The notes below the pieces were generated by a model. The model was not told the origin of the DNA. It did no database searches and worked only from the letters and a program-made list of their open reading frames with translations. The position numbers were made by a program, and so were the translations under genes. From Marsupella aquatica (lineage: Eukaryota > Plantae > Marchantiophyta), in contig OZ316893.1 in NCBI GenBank assembly GCA_973895155.1, positions 3,330,490 through 3,394,489 on the forward strand: a stretch of DNA of 64,000 bases. Direction: 5' to 3'. How positions within the stretch are numbered: position 1 is the stretch's first letter; every line of letters begins with the position of its first letter. Positions 46,144-59,251 of the stretch are shown here, in pieces.

Positions 46144-46435
46144 TGTTAAGTATTGCTCTTAGTCTTGTGACTCTAGAGCTAATCACAGTTAGACTAACTC
46201 AGGTTAGGACTTAGCTGAGGTTAGTAGTGATGCATGTTGTATATAACCAGGGCTGATGCCAGCCCCTGGTGGATCTATAGTTCATTGTTGGAGTGGAGCA
46301 AGAGAGAAGTAAAGGTCTCTTGTTTTCCCATGGACGTAACCTCAGTCGTGAGATGAACCACGTACTTGCTGTGTCGATTACTTTGTATGGTGTTCACATG
46401 TGCATGATGTCTCGGGATAAGGATTATCCCCAACA
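46144..46435 (+). repeat. 3' LTR of the copia element
   Basis: PPT CAAGGGAG, then TGTTAAG...CCCAACA. Confidence 0.8.
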
Positions 46436-47959
46436 CAAGTGTCCTTGGGGGGTTAATTTAGGGTATATTTGGGATATCACGTGCAATCCTAGCATTTTAA
46501 AAAATATTCATGTTTTTAAAAATAAAATTTTCCAAAAAGATTATGTTATTTTTATTATGAATGATCTATTTACTTTAATTAAAAATGGAATAAAAAACAT
46601 TTTATAAATGTGAGTTTCTAATATATATATACCTTTTTTTTCAAAAATGAAGCCCGGATAGATCTCTAGGTTTGTCAAAATGCTCCCATGGATGTTTGCA
46701 ACTCAAATAGACCGCATTGTTCTCACAATATAATAGGGAATAATCCCAATTAGTCTATCCCAATTGTATGTTGTGTCTAGGGTCCATGAGAGCATCATTT
46801 TCTCCATTTCCTCCTACTAACACTTTCTAAAATCTAGTTAAATTTTTCAAAAATGTTTATTTTGGATTGCATGTGGTTCTAAGATTTGTATAGTCAACCC
46901 TCCAAGCATGTGTCCAATAGTATACATATCAAAAAATGTCCAAAATAAATCATTATATTTGATACTTCTTTGCATCAACTTCACATTTTCAGCTTCTTGC
47001 TCTCGGCCTCCACAATGTTGGGCTATGAGTCTTGAGTTGGCGTGAAGCTGTTGTCCAGCTTGGAGTGCTGGTCCGGGCTACAGTTCTTCTCCCACTTCTA
47101 CTTTTGGTCACAACAAAATCTCTTTGCAAGGGCAGGAACGTGGGGCAGTAATATGAGTTGCCAGGTAAGAAAAATGGCTGCCACAAATAATATTACAGGG
47201 TGATTCTCACTTGGCCATGTAATAAATTACTTTTCCTTGCCTGTTATTTTCTTTGAGTAGTTCACTTTTTGATGTTAGAGGTATTTCACACTAGTGGCCA
47301 AAAGTGGAGTGTCAGAGTGTTGTGCCACCCTGGAACCTTAAACTTTATTGTTCATCTTTGTCTCAATCCCCTGTTTTTCACCCTCACTTCTATTTTGTCT
47401 TTGTTGAGAATCATTATTAGTTTTGTCCTTATTTTGAATTTTCTCCCATCTTCTTTTGGGTTTTTTGGGGGTCAGTTTTGTCCTATTGAGAGTTACGATT
47501 TAGAAGCTTCTCTAGATAGTAGCCCTATTAGTAAGATTTATGGGCTTTACACGTAAAAAGGATGCGGGGCTTTTGAAAGCTGAGGACTCAGCACGTGATG
47601 AGCTATGCTTCTCCTGCTCGGTGCGCCATTTATTTTTCAATCTCAAACGACTTCCACTCCGTTCGAGTGAAGTACTTTCAAGATGCAAACATGTTCCCAG
47701 AGTACACTCGGGGAGATGATACAGCAATAATCAATTCAGGAATGCCACACACATCACACGAGAACTCAGTTTGTTTAGACCGTGTTTGAGTTTCCATATT
47801 GCAATATGTGTTTTTGATGAGTGTTCCACATTACAGTTCTGCACCATTTTGATAGCGACCGATCATATGCTTTCCTCGATGCTTCCTTCCTCTCCGGAAC
47901 TGTCCAAATTACAGTAACTTCTATAATTCCAAAAAGCATCACATCTGGACATGTTGCTC

Positions 47960-50900
47960 CACCAGTTTGCGTTCTAAGCACCTTTTATGGGCTTCACAAT
48001 TAAGAGCATCGGGTCTTGTTGAAAGTTGAGGACTCACCACGTGTTGAGCTAAGCTATGCTGCTCCTCCTCGGTGCCCACTTTCTTTTTAATTCTTCCATT
48101 TGAATTCAAACGGCTTCCACTTGGTTAACGAAAACACTTTCCACATGTACTTATGTACACAGAGTAAGCTCGGTGAGATCAGAGAGCAATAATCAATTCA
48201 GGAATGTCACATCTCACGTCGACAATTCACTATATGTACAGTGTTTTTGCGTTTCCATATTACAATATGTCTGCGATGAGTGTTCACGTTAAGATTCCGT
48301 AACATTTTGATAGCTATTGATGACATGCTTTCCCTCCAGAGCTGTCGAAAATTACAATTTCTATTCCAAAAAGCATCACATCTGGAACCTTTTTAAAAGG
48401 TGTGGCATGGAATCTGGGCAGATGAACCTGGATGTGGGCGACTATGTCAGACATTGAATTCAGCCTTCTTGACTATCAGTTGCCTGAGCAGAGTTAGCCT
48501 TCTGAGGAAGGTACAGCTTGTAATTGTACTGGTAGAAGTGCGCTGCGACTAGAAAGACTAGAAAGTCTACTCCACAAATGGCGGCCAGAACCCAGTAGTA
48601 ATTTTCGAGACCACCGTTGTTGAAGTGCTCGACCAACCAACGCCCGCCTTTCTGATGCTTGGTCACACTGTTGGTGACATTCACCAGTACAGAGCTGAGG
48701 TAGTAGCCCAACGATAAGGCTGCGAACGATAACGAGATCCCGATGCTGCGAGTGTTATCGGACACCTCATGGTAGAAGAACTCATAACTTGATAACAGGA
48801 CCCCAAACTCCGCCAAGGAAGTGAAGAAGAACTGCGGAATGAGCCAATACATCTTCATCGGGAGCTCGAAGACGACGGACTGCGTGTATCCAAGATCGCG
48901 AACGTATCCCAGCCGTTTTCTCTCAACCAGTGCGCCGACGACCATGGCCAAGGAGGCTGAAATCAGCCCCAGTCCGATACGCGTCAAAGGGGTAATGCCA
49001 AACGGATTCTTCGTCACCTTCCTCAAAATTGGCCGGATGATGAAGTCGAACAGAGGTACAGAAATAATGGAGACGACAATTGCAGACACAGCTAGAGATT
49101 GCGGCGGGAGAACGAAGTGTTTGCTCAGAGACCGGTTGAGAGTTTGGCCCTGCTGTGCCGTGAAGGTATTCGCCTGGGAGTATAGAAGGGAAACATACCA
49201 CGTGCACATCCAGACCGGCACGATAAGCAGAATTCTTTTCGTTTCTTCGATCTGCGTCACACCAACTAGCCTCCACCTATTTCCCGTGCTTGCTTCATTC
49301 TCTATGATGGCCGCCCTGTCCAGAAACCTGCATTGGTTGGGAATGAATCCAACAAACACATGAGTGGTCGTTTAAATTAACTTTAAGTTCGGTACGTTAA
49401 TGTGCTCACCTGTACGTGTACCTATAGCTTCGTTCTACAACCCCATTGTGGCTTATACATACCTTCAAATCTGCTGCATTTGATCTTTTGCTGCAGATTT
49501 CTGCATTAGTCGCTTTGAAACAGGTCACAGTACAACCTCAAAACAGACTTCGGCTTAGATTAATTAATCAAGTGATATGTAATTACATTTCCACCAACCT
49601 CAATTCAAACGTCAAATCGAGAAGAAAATCGCGTATTACCTTAGATTTCTTGATCTTTCCAGCCAATCTCCAGAAATGGGAGCGTCGTAGAGACTACTGG
49701 TGGCTTCGGGAATGACCAACTTCCTCTTTCGAAAGGTCGCAACTGCTACCTGGACCATGCGCGTTATGAAGCTTCCCGAGGGCCTCTTGTGCCGATACTT
49801 GGGCGTACCGACGAGGAAGATTAAGAACGCCACTACGAACAATATCAGCAGCCAAGCAAATCCCCAATCTTTACTCACGTAACTGAGAATGTAGACGGCG
49901 AGGGTAAATGAGAGCAGAAGACCGAGGTTCTGCGCAAAGTAGTACCAAGTGAAGTAATGCACGCTTTGCTTCTTCTCTACCGGGTCCGATTCATCGAATT
50001 GCTGAGCCCCAAGCGCAGGTAAAGCTGCTTTGACGAAGCCAGACCCCAGAGCTATGGTATACAGAGCAACATAAATTGGCGCCATATATTTCGTTCCTGC
50101 CTGTGGGCACGGTGCCGTCAGCGTTGGTGTACAGGCTGGAGGCTGCAGCCCCGAATAATCGGAGGTGAGGATGAGAACCCCCAGTCCCTGGATTGCCAAA
50201 AGAATTTTCAATCAACAAGAAGTCTGCATACACATATGTCTCCACGCCACACATTCCGGGAGAGTGGATAGCAAACTCTCACTAGCAAACTCTCACTAGA
50301 TCTTAGAAGGTTTGTTCAGAAGCACTATGTGCCAAAACTTGAAACTGAGCATGTCCATCTGAACATGAAACAAACCACTACAGTTATGGACTGTCTTTCG
50401 AAATCATAACATTAATTCTAGCTCTTTCAGAGTGAATTATGGATGAATGTACTACGATGGAAACTCCACGATCATCTATACTCAAATTAGGATCTTGTAT
50501 TTCTTCACAAAAATGACGGTAATGAAACGTATATCGTGCACTTAGAAGTTAGCTGGTTTCATTCGTGCATGACGCCGACAGACTGGGCTTGTAGAATGCA
50601 TTCAGTAGAGTTGAACTTACAAGTATTTGGATTACTGCGCCAACGACAGATGTAAAGTAGTACCCTAGATAGCTGTCTGCCAGGAAGCCCCCTAGCACAG
50701 AGACAACAAAGTAGGTGCCTGTGAAGTCGTTGGTGATCGTTCCAGCATTGGAAAAGCTCTGGTGGAGATACTTGTTAAGGTAAAACAACAAACCGATTGT
50801 GATGGAGACCGAACAGACCCAGTCCGCAGTCGTTAAAGCTGCAGCAAGGCCAAAAATATCCCAATCAGCCATTGTGCTTCATACCACAAGACGCTACATT

Positions 50901-51965
50901 AACTAGAGGCTTACTGTAGGTATTGTAAGTAAAAAGCTACCGTCGTGAAAGTCAGCTAGTTAGCATAGAGGTTGTATATAGGCACTAGTGATTCTACATT
51001 TCTTTTCGGAGCGGCAATCGGACGTAATTCGAGCTTTCTGACGTTGAGTCGAAGGTCTGATCAACTCGTGCACATACCATAAACATATTTTGCGGCACTC
51101 ATTCGCCCAGTTCTTGATTTGTCGCTTGGACGGCCCCTCAAAGTCACTGCATCTGAATGTGTGCCATCCACATATTTTTTGCTAGTATTTCCAGGATTCT
51201 CCACGTCCTGCTGGCCTCGAGGAAAAGGAGAAGGTGCGGAATGGATTTGTTGAGACATCTGCAAGGAAGCATGATTGAAGATTTCCACCAAAAGAGACAG
51301 CATTAGAAACATTCTGCTGAAACGGGAAACATATCCGTGAAACGAGTATACTTGGAAATTGATTCCTTGCAGAGAAAATCCAGTACTATATATCATGCAT
51401 GGTTAAAAAGTCCGGAGTGATCGAATCACGGCTGCAAATGTTTGCCATGGCACGTAAGGAAGTCTTCAGAACAGTTGCGTCGAGGATTACGCAGGAACCC
51501 AAGCTCCAACCCCATTCAATCTCATGACAAGACATTGTCTTTCCCCCTTTCAAATTTTACGCTTGAAGTGGCTCACATTTACACGCAAAAAGAAATTGCA
51601 GGTCATTCGAGGTCTCGAATCAGTTTTGAACGTCAGGGATGACAAGAAGTCAGTGCTGTTATTCTAATTACAATTTCTCCGGACTTGCAGAGAGAAACTT
51701 GAAGAATGCATGAGAAAGTTAAACAGACCATGACTTTACTTATATAATCACAGATCGACTCTCGTCTTATGATGAACTCCTCCTTTCTGATCATCGAAAT
51801 TACCCAAAATTGGACATCTAGAGACCTGAAGGGCGTAGACACCTACCATCGGAGATTCGAATTAATATCAGTACTCCAGATGAAAGATATCGATCACACT
51901 GCCTACTCTTAGCGATGTCAGTGCGTTTTTTCCTGCATATCGCAACTTCCTTGCCTCTTGTCAAT
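47960..51965. repeat. Segmental duplicate of ~9995-13922 (NPF gene with introns, promoter and 3' flank)
   Basis: Colinear similarity in introns and ~700 bp upstream. The 3' flank is further duplicated locally (~47570-47950 vs 48020-48390). Confidence 0.85.
48460..51258 (-). CDS. NPF: NPF/PTR family transporter, copy 2 (intact); exons 51258-51078, 50838-50621, 50187-49640, 49327-48460
   Basis: Same motifs as copy 1, with LGGFLADSY and in-frame splice LR|FLDRAA; GT-AG introns. Confidence 0.92.
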
Positions 51966-53829
51966 GCTCGATATCAATGTTACCAGGATGTGGCCTTCAG
52001 GCAGGTTTTACAACTCATAGGGCGAGGTATCGATGCAGCCCTTATAAAGCTTGCCAAACTACTGTACTTGCCTTCAAAAAGGTTTTCTACTGTATAGCCT
52101 GCTGCGTTTTTCCTTTCATTTGCTTGGCCAGAACTACACGTCTGTGGATCAAAGATATATCCCTAGTACCTGAAATACGAACTATGCTAAATACATGTCC
52201 GTGGATCAAAGATATCTTACTAATAATTCGGGAACGGAAGCCTACGGGGTCTAGAGTGAAGCCTCTAGACCTTGACTTTACTCTAATTCACAAAACACAG
52301 ATTAAAAGATGAACCGAAAGAGCTAGGAATAGTTTTTTGTGCAAGTTACCTTTTAGTCCTCGTCTCTTTCCGTTAAGGAACGAAGTAATCAAGGCTAGTA
52401 TCCTAGTAGCCGAACATACTATGCTGCGTTTTTTTGTGTTTGGCCTGCTGCATTATAGGCAAGAGGGGAATTAGGCTCAGTCCACTAGGGTCCCCTCCTC
52501 CTCTGAGTCACTGTACAGTACACCATTTAAGTATCCTTCATGCAAATTCCAGTTAGTCAACTCTCTACAATGGCAGGCTTGCAACACATGTTTTATTGAA
52601 AACAAATCTCTACTGTTTAAAACAAACTTTTACGGCGATGCCTTCACCGACTGAATTGACAGCAAACTCTGCTCCGCATTGGGATTCTTAAGCCTCACAA
52701 TTGCAACAGGACGGCCTCTTGAAGCCAGAACCTCCAAGCCAGGCCTGAAACTACGGAGGGAATCACGTACATCTCATGTAGATTCAGACTTAGTAACTAC
52801 AGTACATAGCTGGCTAGTGTAGTATAAGTTTTAAGAAGAGCAAGTGGCCGTGCAGTCAGTGAGGTCCAAAGCTTCGCAATAGAAGACAAGGTGTTTTTCA
52901 TTGACCGCTAGATTCCCCATGGCTACTCAAATATGACAATGTTTTTGGTTCAAAGGCGATTGTATTCAATTGTAAATGCCAACGCATGAGTCGAAGAAAG
53001 ATTCCCACTACTGCCGAAAGATCTTGGAATGTGGAAGGCATTATAATGTGCTCTTTAACGCATATACTAGTGTCCCATACTGTTTCGATAGCCCTCTAAC
53101 AATTGCTTTTTACTCAATTAAAAGGTGGGCCACACTAGTTTAGTGTGCACTTGTGGCCAAATTGAACCCATTGTACAACTTGAGTGGAAGGTATCAAAGA
53201 GTTCTCCAAGTCAAGCACAGCCCTAATTGATTAATATCTTTTCAGAGAAGAATTGAAGGACCTCATTGTATGCAATGAAATTGATTTACAGGCGTATTAC
53301 TGCCACAGGTGACATACTCATCTCTTCGTGCAATATATGTGTGACTTGGGTAAAACTTGTTGTTGATTCATTGCAGCAAGGTAAAGGGCAGCTTGGGCAG
53401 ACATTCATTTTAGATGGTATATATGGATAGATCTGATGGTTTCAAAAATGTTCATTGTTTTGATGAAGGGTCAAGATTGGTTCTTGCTTTTTTTAGTTTG
53501 TAAAGAGACAATCCAACATATATAGGTATTATAGTGGTAAAGAATGGTAGAGGGAGGTAAATGGAGGACGAGTTGATAGGTATGGATGGTGACTTGATTC
53601 TTGTGTATCATTTGGTAGCTCCCATTTCTTGCTTAGGTGTCACTATTTTCTTCACACTAAATGTACTTAGTTTTTGGTTTATTCCTTCTCTTTGTCAGTT
53701 TCTTTATCTTTGGGCCTGCAAATTCAAGATAGGACCACAATCAAAAAAGGTGCAACATGTCATTATAGCTTTTGATGTTGTCAAATGTGGTTGTCCATTT
53801 ATATATGTACTAGCCAATGCCACTAATGA

Positions 53830-54930
53830 AAGATGTTGAGGTAATAAAAGATGTTGAGACCTCGGTTGAGGCTGGAGAGAAATGATGTTGAAGTGAGCAA
53901 AAGATGTCGAGGTGATAAAAGATGTTGAGGTAACTAATAAAATATGTCAAGGAGAGCAAAAGATGTTGAAGATGTTAAGGATTGCTCTTAGTCTTGTGAC
54001 TCATAGGTTACGGTAATTAAAGGTTAACCTCAATTAGGGACTTAGCTGAGGTTAGGTTAGTCGTGTGTGAACTTGCATATACCAGGGCTAGTGTAAGCCG
54101 CTAGTATGTGGTGCTTGCTCATTGTAATGGAGCAACATGAGGAAGAGAGAGAGCTTCTGTGTTCAACGACTCTTGAAGTAAAGTTGGTGTGTTTGTGTGG
54201 ACATAACCTCGTAGAAGAGATGAATCGCGTATAATTGTGGCAACTACGTGTGCATGGTATGAGTCATGATTGTATCGTCATGAAGGAAAACATCATAGTT
54301 CAACAGTTCAAGAGAGAAAAAGATGCCGCGGTGACAAAAGATGTTGAGGTGAGCAAAAGATGTCGAGAAGAGAAGATGTCAAGGTGAGCAAAATATGTCA
54401 AGGTGATAAACATGTCAAGAAGAGAAAAGATGTCCAGGTTAGTTAAAGATGTCCAGGTGATAAAAAGGGTTGAGGAGAGAAAAGATCTCAAGGTGAGCAA
54501 AGATGTTGAGGAGAGAAAAGATGTGAGGAGAGAAAAGATGTGAGGAGAGAAAAACTATGTTGAGATGAGAAAAGGATTTCAAAGGAGAGAAATATGTCAA
54601 TGAGAGCAAAAGATGTCAAGGTGAGCAAAACATATTGAGGTGATAAAAGATGTTGGGAGAGAAAAGATGTAGACATGAGAATAGATGTCAGGGAGAAAAA
54701 ATGTGTTGAGATGAGAAAAAGATTTGAAGGAGAAAAAAAAGATTTTGAGGAGAGAAAGAATGTCGACATGAGCAAAAGATGTGGAGAAGGTAAAAACATT
54801 TGAGATAAGAAAAATATGTTTAGGCAAGGCAAAGATGTCAAGGCAAGAGAAGGCAAAAATGTTGAGGCAATTCAAGTTTAGATGTACACTGCATTGAGGC
54901 AAAGATGTTGGGGTGAGGTGAACATGTTGA
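53830..54930. repeat. Degenerate ~20-bp purine-rich array (AAAAGATGTYRAGGWGAG)
   Basis: Dozens of diverged units, interrupted by a solo LTR. Confidence 0.75.
53973..54305 (+). mobile_element. Copia solo LTR related to 46144-46435
   Basis: TGTTAAG(G/T)ATTGCTCTTAGTCTTGTGACTC..GGACTTAGCTGAGGTTAG..TTCAACA. Confidence 0.75.
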
Positions 54931-57174
54931 GGGCGGCCAAGAAATGCTTTTTCCTCTTCTTCACTCCATTCCCCCCACCCCCCAAATGCACAATTAAATA
55001 CACAAAAGAAAAAAGGAGTAAAAATCCAGAATTAACCCATTTTCTTCCTTCTAGAGTGTCACACTCACCTCTAGGCCTGCACTGGGCACAAATACAAAAA
55101 GTTTCTCATGCCCCAAAAAGTTTTCCTTCCAAGCGTGTGTACTTTCATACTTGAAGAAAAAGACACATTTGAGGTGATGTCATATAAGTATCATCTCATA
55201 CACACTATATTTTACTATTAAAATAAACAATCATTTGACATATCTGGTCAATCAACCCAAGAGCACAAAAAAATCTTTAAAATGATCTGACTGCTCATGT
55301 TAGTTCCTTCCATTCTTGAATTTGTAAGCAGACGAAACAACTTTTTGGCAGAATTGCATTATAGAAGCAGATCCCTAAACCATTTCACCCCAGCCAAGAG
55401 TAGTTTGACCCCAACCCCTTGTTATCTCCTACAAATATATATTTGTTATAATAGAATGAATCCTTAGGCACTTGAGAATCAACTGCTTAGGTTTATATAT
55501 GTGTCTTATTGTTACATGTATGGTTTATGTAGCTACATGGTTAAGTCTACAATTAACAGATGGTCATAACAATATTGACTTAACCATGCCAAGTATATTT
55601 ATTTTCATAAAATGATTTTATATGACTCCCAAGGGGAATGGGTGTGTGCACTCTCTTTGCATTGCATGCACATGAGGTTTGGTTTATGTTTTGGCAAACT
55701 CCGGCCGTAGCGGGCAGCATCATCGGGGACCAAGACGTGCAATATATGTACGGGGCCTGAGAAAAGTGGGGAACAGTAACTTGTTGTAGATTTAAAGCGT
55801 GGTCATTGTATGCACATGAGAAGTACATCGATTGGGGCAGGGTCAATACAAATAAGACAATGGCCAAGGAGGGAATCAATACAAATAAGACAATAGCCAA
55901 GGAGGGATTGGATAAAGACTCCACTTGTCTTGCAAGTACAATGAACAGATCAAAAGGAAGTACTCCACTTGCTAAAGTGATGAGGAATATCAAGAGGTAT
56001 TATTCTCCCTTCCTTTTTTGCAGTGGTTTTATATTTATTTTGTCCTCTTAGCTTTTCATTGCATATATATTTGAGTTATTTCACTTGGCACGCAGTAAAT
56101 ATGAATGACATGACTTCAAAAAAGCAAAATCCTTTATTATAGGAGTTAATATCAGTGGTTGCAGTTTCAAGATTGTTACTAGTAGAGTTTAATAGTCTAA
56201 ATGATGAGAAAACTTATCATAGATGATTATCATTTTGACATATGTGACATCCGAATCATGTTTCTTTCTATTCACATAAATTTTGGTGGGGTGTGGGGCT
56301 TTATAGTAACGTGGCCTAGACCCCAACTCTAGCTTCTCATTGCAATTTATTAGTAAGATTCACCTCTACAAAAAGAAAGAGACAGTGTACAGACCATACT
56401 GTGTTAAAATAACAATATTTAAAACACCAGTAATCTTGATCTTATATGCAATGGGACATGTTTCTTAGGACTACAGCCTCTCGAGTCTTTATCCTTCTCT
56501 TTCGAGCATGTGAGGGACAGGAGAGACATTGAAAATTTGCATGGGATGCACCACCCCATTTCCCTTTTCTTCTCTCCCCTCCGTTTCATTCCCTTTTCTT
56601 CTCTCCCCTCCGTTTCATTCCCTCTTCTTTGGCATTGGACATTTGCATGGGATGCTCGTTTCACCAACCCCATTCCCCATTTCTGTTTTCCCTCAGATTC
56701 ATTCCCCCTTTCCTTGGGTTTGAAATTTGATTCCCTCTTCCTTGACACTGAATGCATTTTGATTTTCTTTCTCTTAGTTTGACACAGAACACTATAGTTT
56801 GTAAGACTATCACTGTAAAAAGAGGAGGGACCTCTTGTTATAGTTTTTGTTGTACTGGGATGATGTCCCATTGGACATTGTTTCTAAAGTATAATTGATG
56901 TCTTACATGGATTGGATCAATTTGTCATATAATCTATTTTAGGAGTGGTGTAATGTGTATACTTCATGTATAACTAATCAAACTTGTCATGGAATTTCTT
57001 CTGCCGAAGGGTTACAGGGATAGGTGGGACTTAGTAGGACTTCTTGTTTCGTCCTGCAAAACCAGATGGTCAACATTTGTTGGTAGAGTTTTCAATTCTT
57101 TCAGCTCATAATTTCCAGTCACATCCACCTCAGTTACCAAAGAAAACAACAAAGTAACGACCTCAAATGTTAAC

Positions 57175-57600
57175 AGTTGTTGAGCAATCCCTCATATGAC
57201 TTAGGTATAGTTCTTAGAACAATCCTTCATATATTTGACTTAGGTACAGTTGTTAGAACAATCCCTCATTTGACTTAGGTATAGTTGTTGAGCAATACCT
57301 CATTTGATTTGGGGATGAAAGGTAAGACATATTCTTGGGTTCATTTGCCAGGCTCAGTTAAACTGAAAGGGCATACACTTAGCAGCATTTGGACATGACA
57401 AGGATGGTACGTAGAGTGGTGTTGTAGGGAGATGTTGTATAATGCAATAGCAAACAGGAATTTTGTTAGCGAGCAGAGTGTTGTTAGCAAGACACTAGTA
57501 ATTTGAAATTTCTTATCAACCAGGTTGTTATTAGCCAGGCAGTTGGATATAGAAATGTTATCAACCAGGTTGTTATTAGCCAGGCAGTTGGATATAGAAA
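57175..57600. repeat. Short tandem repeats (~33-bp x3-4 at 57175-57310; 45-bp x2 at 57513-57600)
   Basis: AACAATCCCTCAT..GACTTAGGTAYAG units; TTATCAACCAGGTTGTTATTAGCCAGGCAGTTGGATATAGAAA x2. Confidence 0.7.
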
Positions 57601-58050
57601 AATTAAGGGTCATGTGAGTAAAAAATTTAAGTGTTTCCTCGCCGGCTACAATGACCCCACCTACAACAGGAAGAGCATAAGACGAGGTAGTACTGTAGTA
57701 GGATCAAGATCAAAGCTTAGTATCATCGATGCTTCCAAATGAGTGACTGACTGTAGCTGGTTGACAGATATGTAGATGAAATCCGCATCTGATTTGGCAC
57801 ACAGGACGAGCTTAGGGTCGAGCACTATAGACCTTGCTTTCAGGCTGGATTAGTGGTTCAATGTCGGGCGATGCACAAGCTGCCATCTCTCTCGGTAGGA
57901 GATAATTTACACCGGGACTTGTTGACTTCTGTCAAAGAGCTTCAGACTGGCTGTAGACCGAGCTTGGGCCGATATGGTGGTGTTCCATCAAACAGAGATG
58001 CTGTTCGCCGTGATCGATGAGGATCACGCAAGTACAGCGCAAGTCCCAGA

Positions 58051-58358
58051 TGCCCAATGACTCCCTGCCACTTACTCGGCCGTAGTGATCGGGAGCAGAG
58101 GGGAAGGACCACCGAAGAAAATCAAGCGGAGCTTACAATTGAAAGGATAGACAAGGAGACACGACCCCAGCCCACACGTCATTCTAGAAAGCAGAGCGGA
58201 CTTGTGCCCAATGACTCCCTGCCACTTACTCGGCCGTAGTGATCGGGAGCAGAGGGGAAGGACCACCGAAGAAAATCAAGCGGAGCTTACAATTGAAAGG
58301 ATAGACAAGGAGACACGACCCCAGCCCACACGTCATTCTAGAAAGCAGAGCGGACTTG
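58051..58358. repeat. Perfect 154-bp tandem duplication
   Basis: 58051-58204 equals 58205-58358. Confidence 0.9.
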
Positions 58359-59251
58359 GAGTGCAAATCGGAGTACATCTAAAGCTACAGTGTCGACTGT
58401 CGAAACAATAATTCGTGCACCATGTATGACATTCCTGCTGGTGTCAATCGGGCCGTCAACTTTAGACATGACTTGATCATCAAAGGAACGGCTGGGAGTG
58501 TGAGAACCAGGTGCCGCGCAGCCCCACATGCTCATTGTCGTTTGAGATATGATCCCTTGGCGGACTCGATTTTCTATCTGTTGGGGAGATATCAAAAGCC
58601 GCCTCGATCACTTGGCATGGTCTGCATGTACAGGCGAATTAAATAAAATTCTTCGCAAAAGTCTCTGGCCGAGTTCATCTGTTCTGGCCGTACAAACAAA
58701 TTGTTTTGGGTCTTAGGAAACACCAGTCAAATAAAAGTCATTCGTACTTGTGCGTTGACCACACTCTCTTTGCTAGGGATTGGCTGATAACGACGGAATG
58801 ATATTGTTGAATTGAAATAGCTAGGACTATCAATAGCAATGCAGAACGACAGTAACTTGAGATTTTCTCGTTACAAAGAAAATAGAAGAACACTGTCTTC
58901 CACCCCTACTTTGTATCCTCTGTCCGCTACAAAAAGGATTGCATTCCCTGGTGTATAAAGTACAGTGCCTACTTTCTGTTGCCTGCAAAAAGAGGTCACT
59001 CGTCCGCAAAGGGAATTGCTGTCCCTGGGCATTTTTGTCTTCTATATACAAACTTAACCTACTTTAGACTAGTCTCTAGAAAAGGACTCAGACACGGGAA
59101 TTCTATTCCCTGGACTAATATTATGTATAGTACCTCCATTTGGTTTTTTACAAAGAAACCCTCAATTGTTCGTGTATAGTCCTGAAAATCTACTCTGCCT
59201 GGAACACATTGGAGGCATAGGATGTACGTACTTGCTTATTCTACAAATGAC

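Larger units (their letters stand above)
18290..46435 (+). mobile_element. Degenerate Ty1/copia (Tnt1/Tork-like) split by nested insertions
   Basis: 5' LTR remnant ~18290-18330. Gag from 18582 (MASKLGGVKFEMEKYDG), CWRCGKPGHMKRDC knuckle, GAG-pre LWHFKLGHMSE, integrase VHSDVW..SDNGGEY..PQQNG, RT WVYKLK..RLVAKGF..YVDDML, RNase H GYVDAD..CDSQSA..KHIDVRYH ending 45955. Many stops and frameshifts. Confidence 0.9.

Noticed and set aside
53965-54313. GTTGAAGA/GTTCAAGA as TSD of the solo LTR
   Set aside because: Flanks are a repetitive array, so the match is uninformative and the length is wrong for copia.
54300-54902. Hydrophobic S/L/F-rich ORFs
   Set aside because: Translation of a degenerate purine-rich tandem array.
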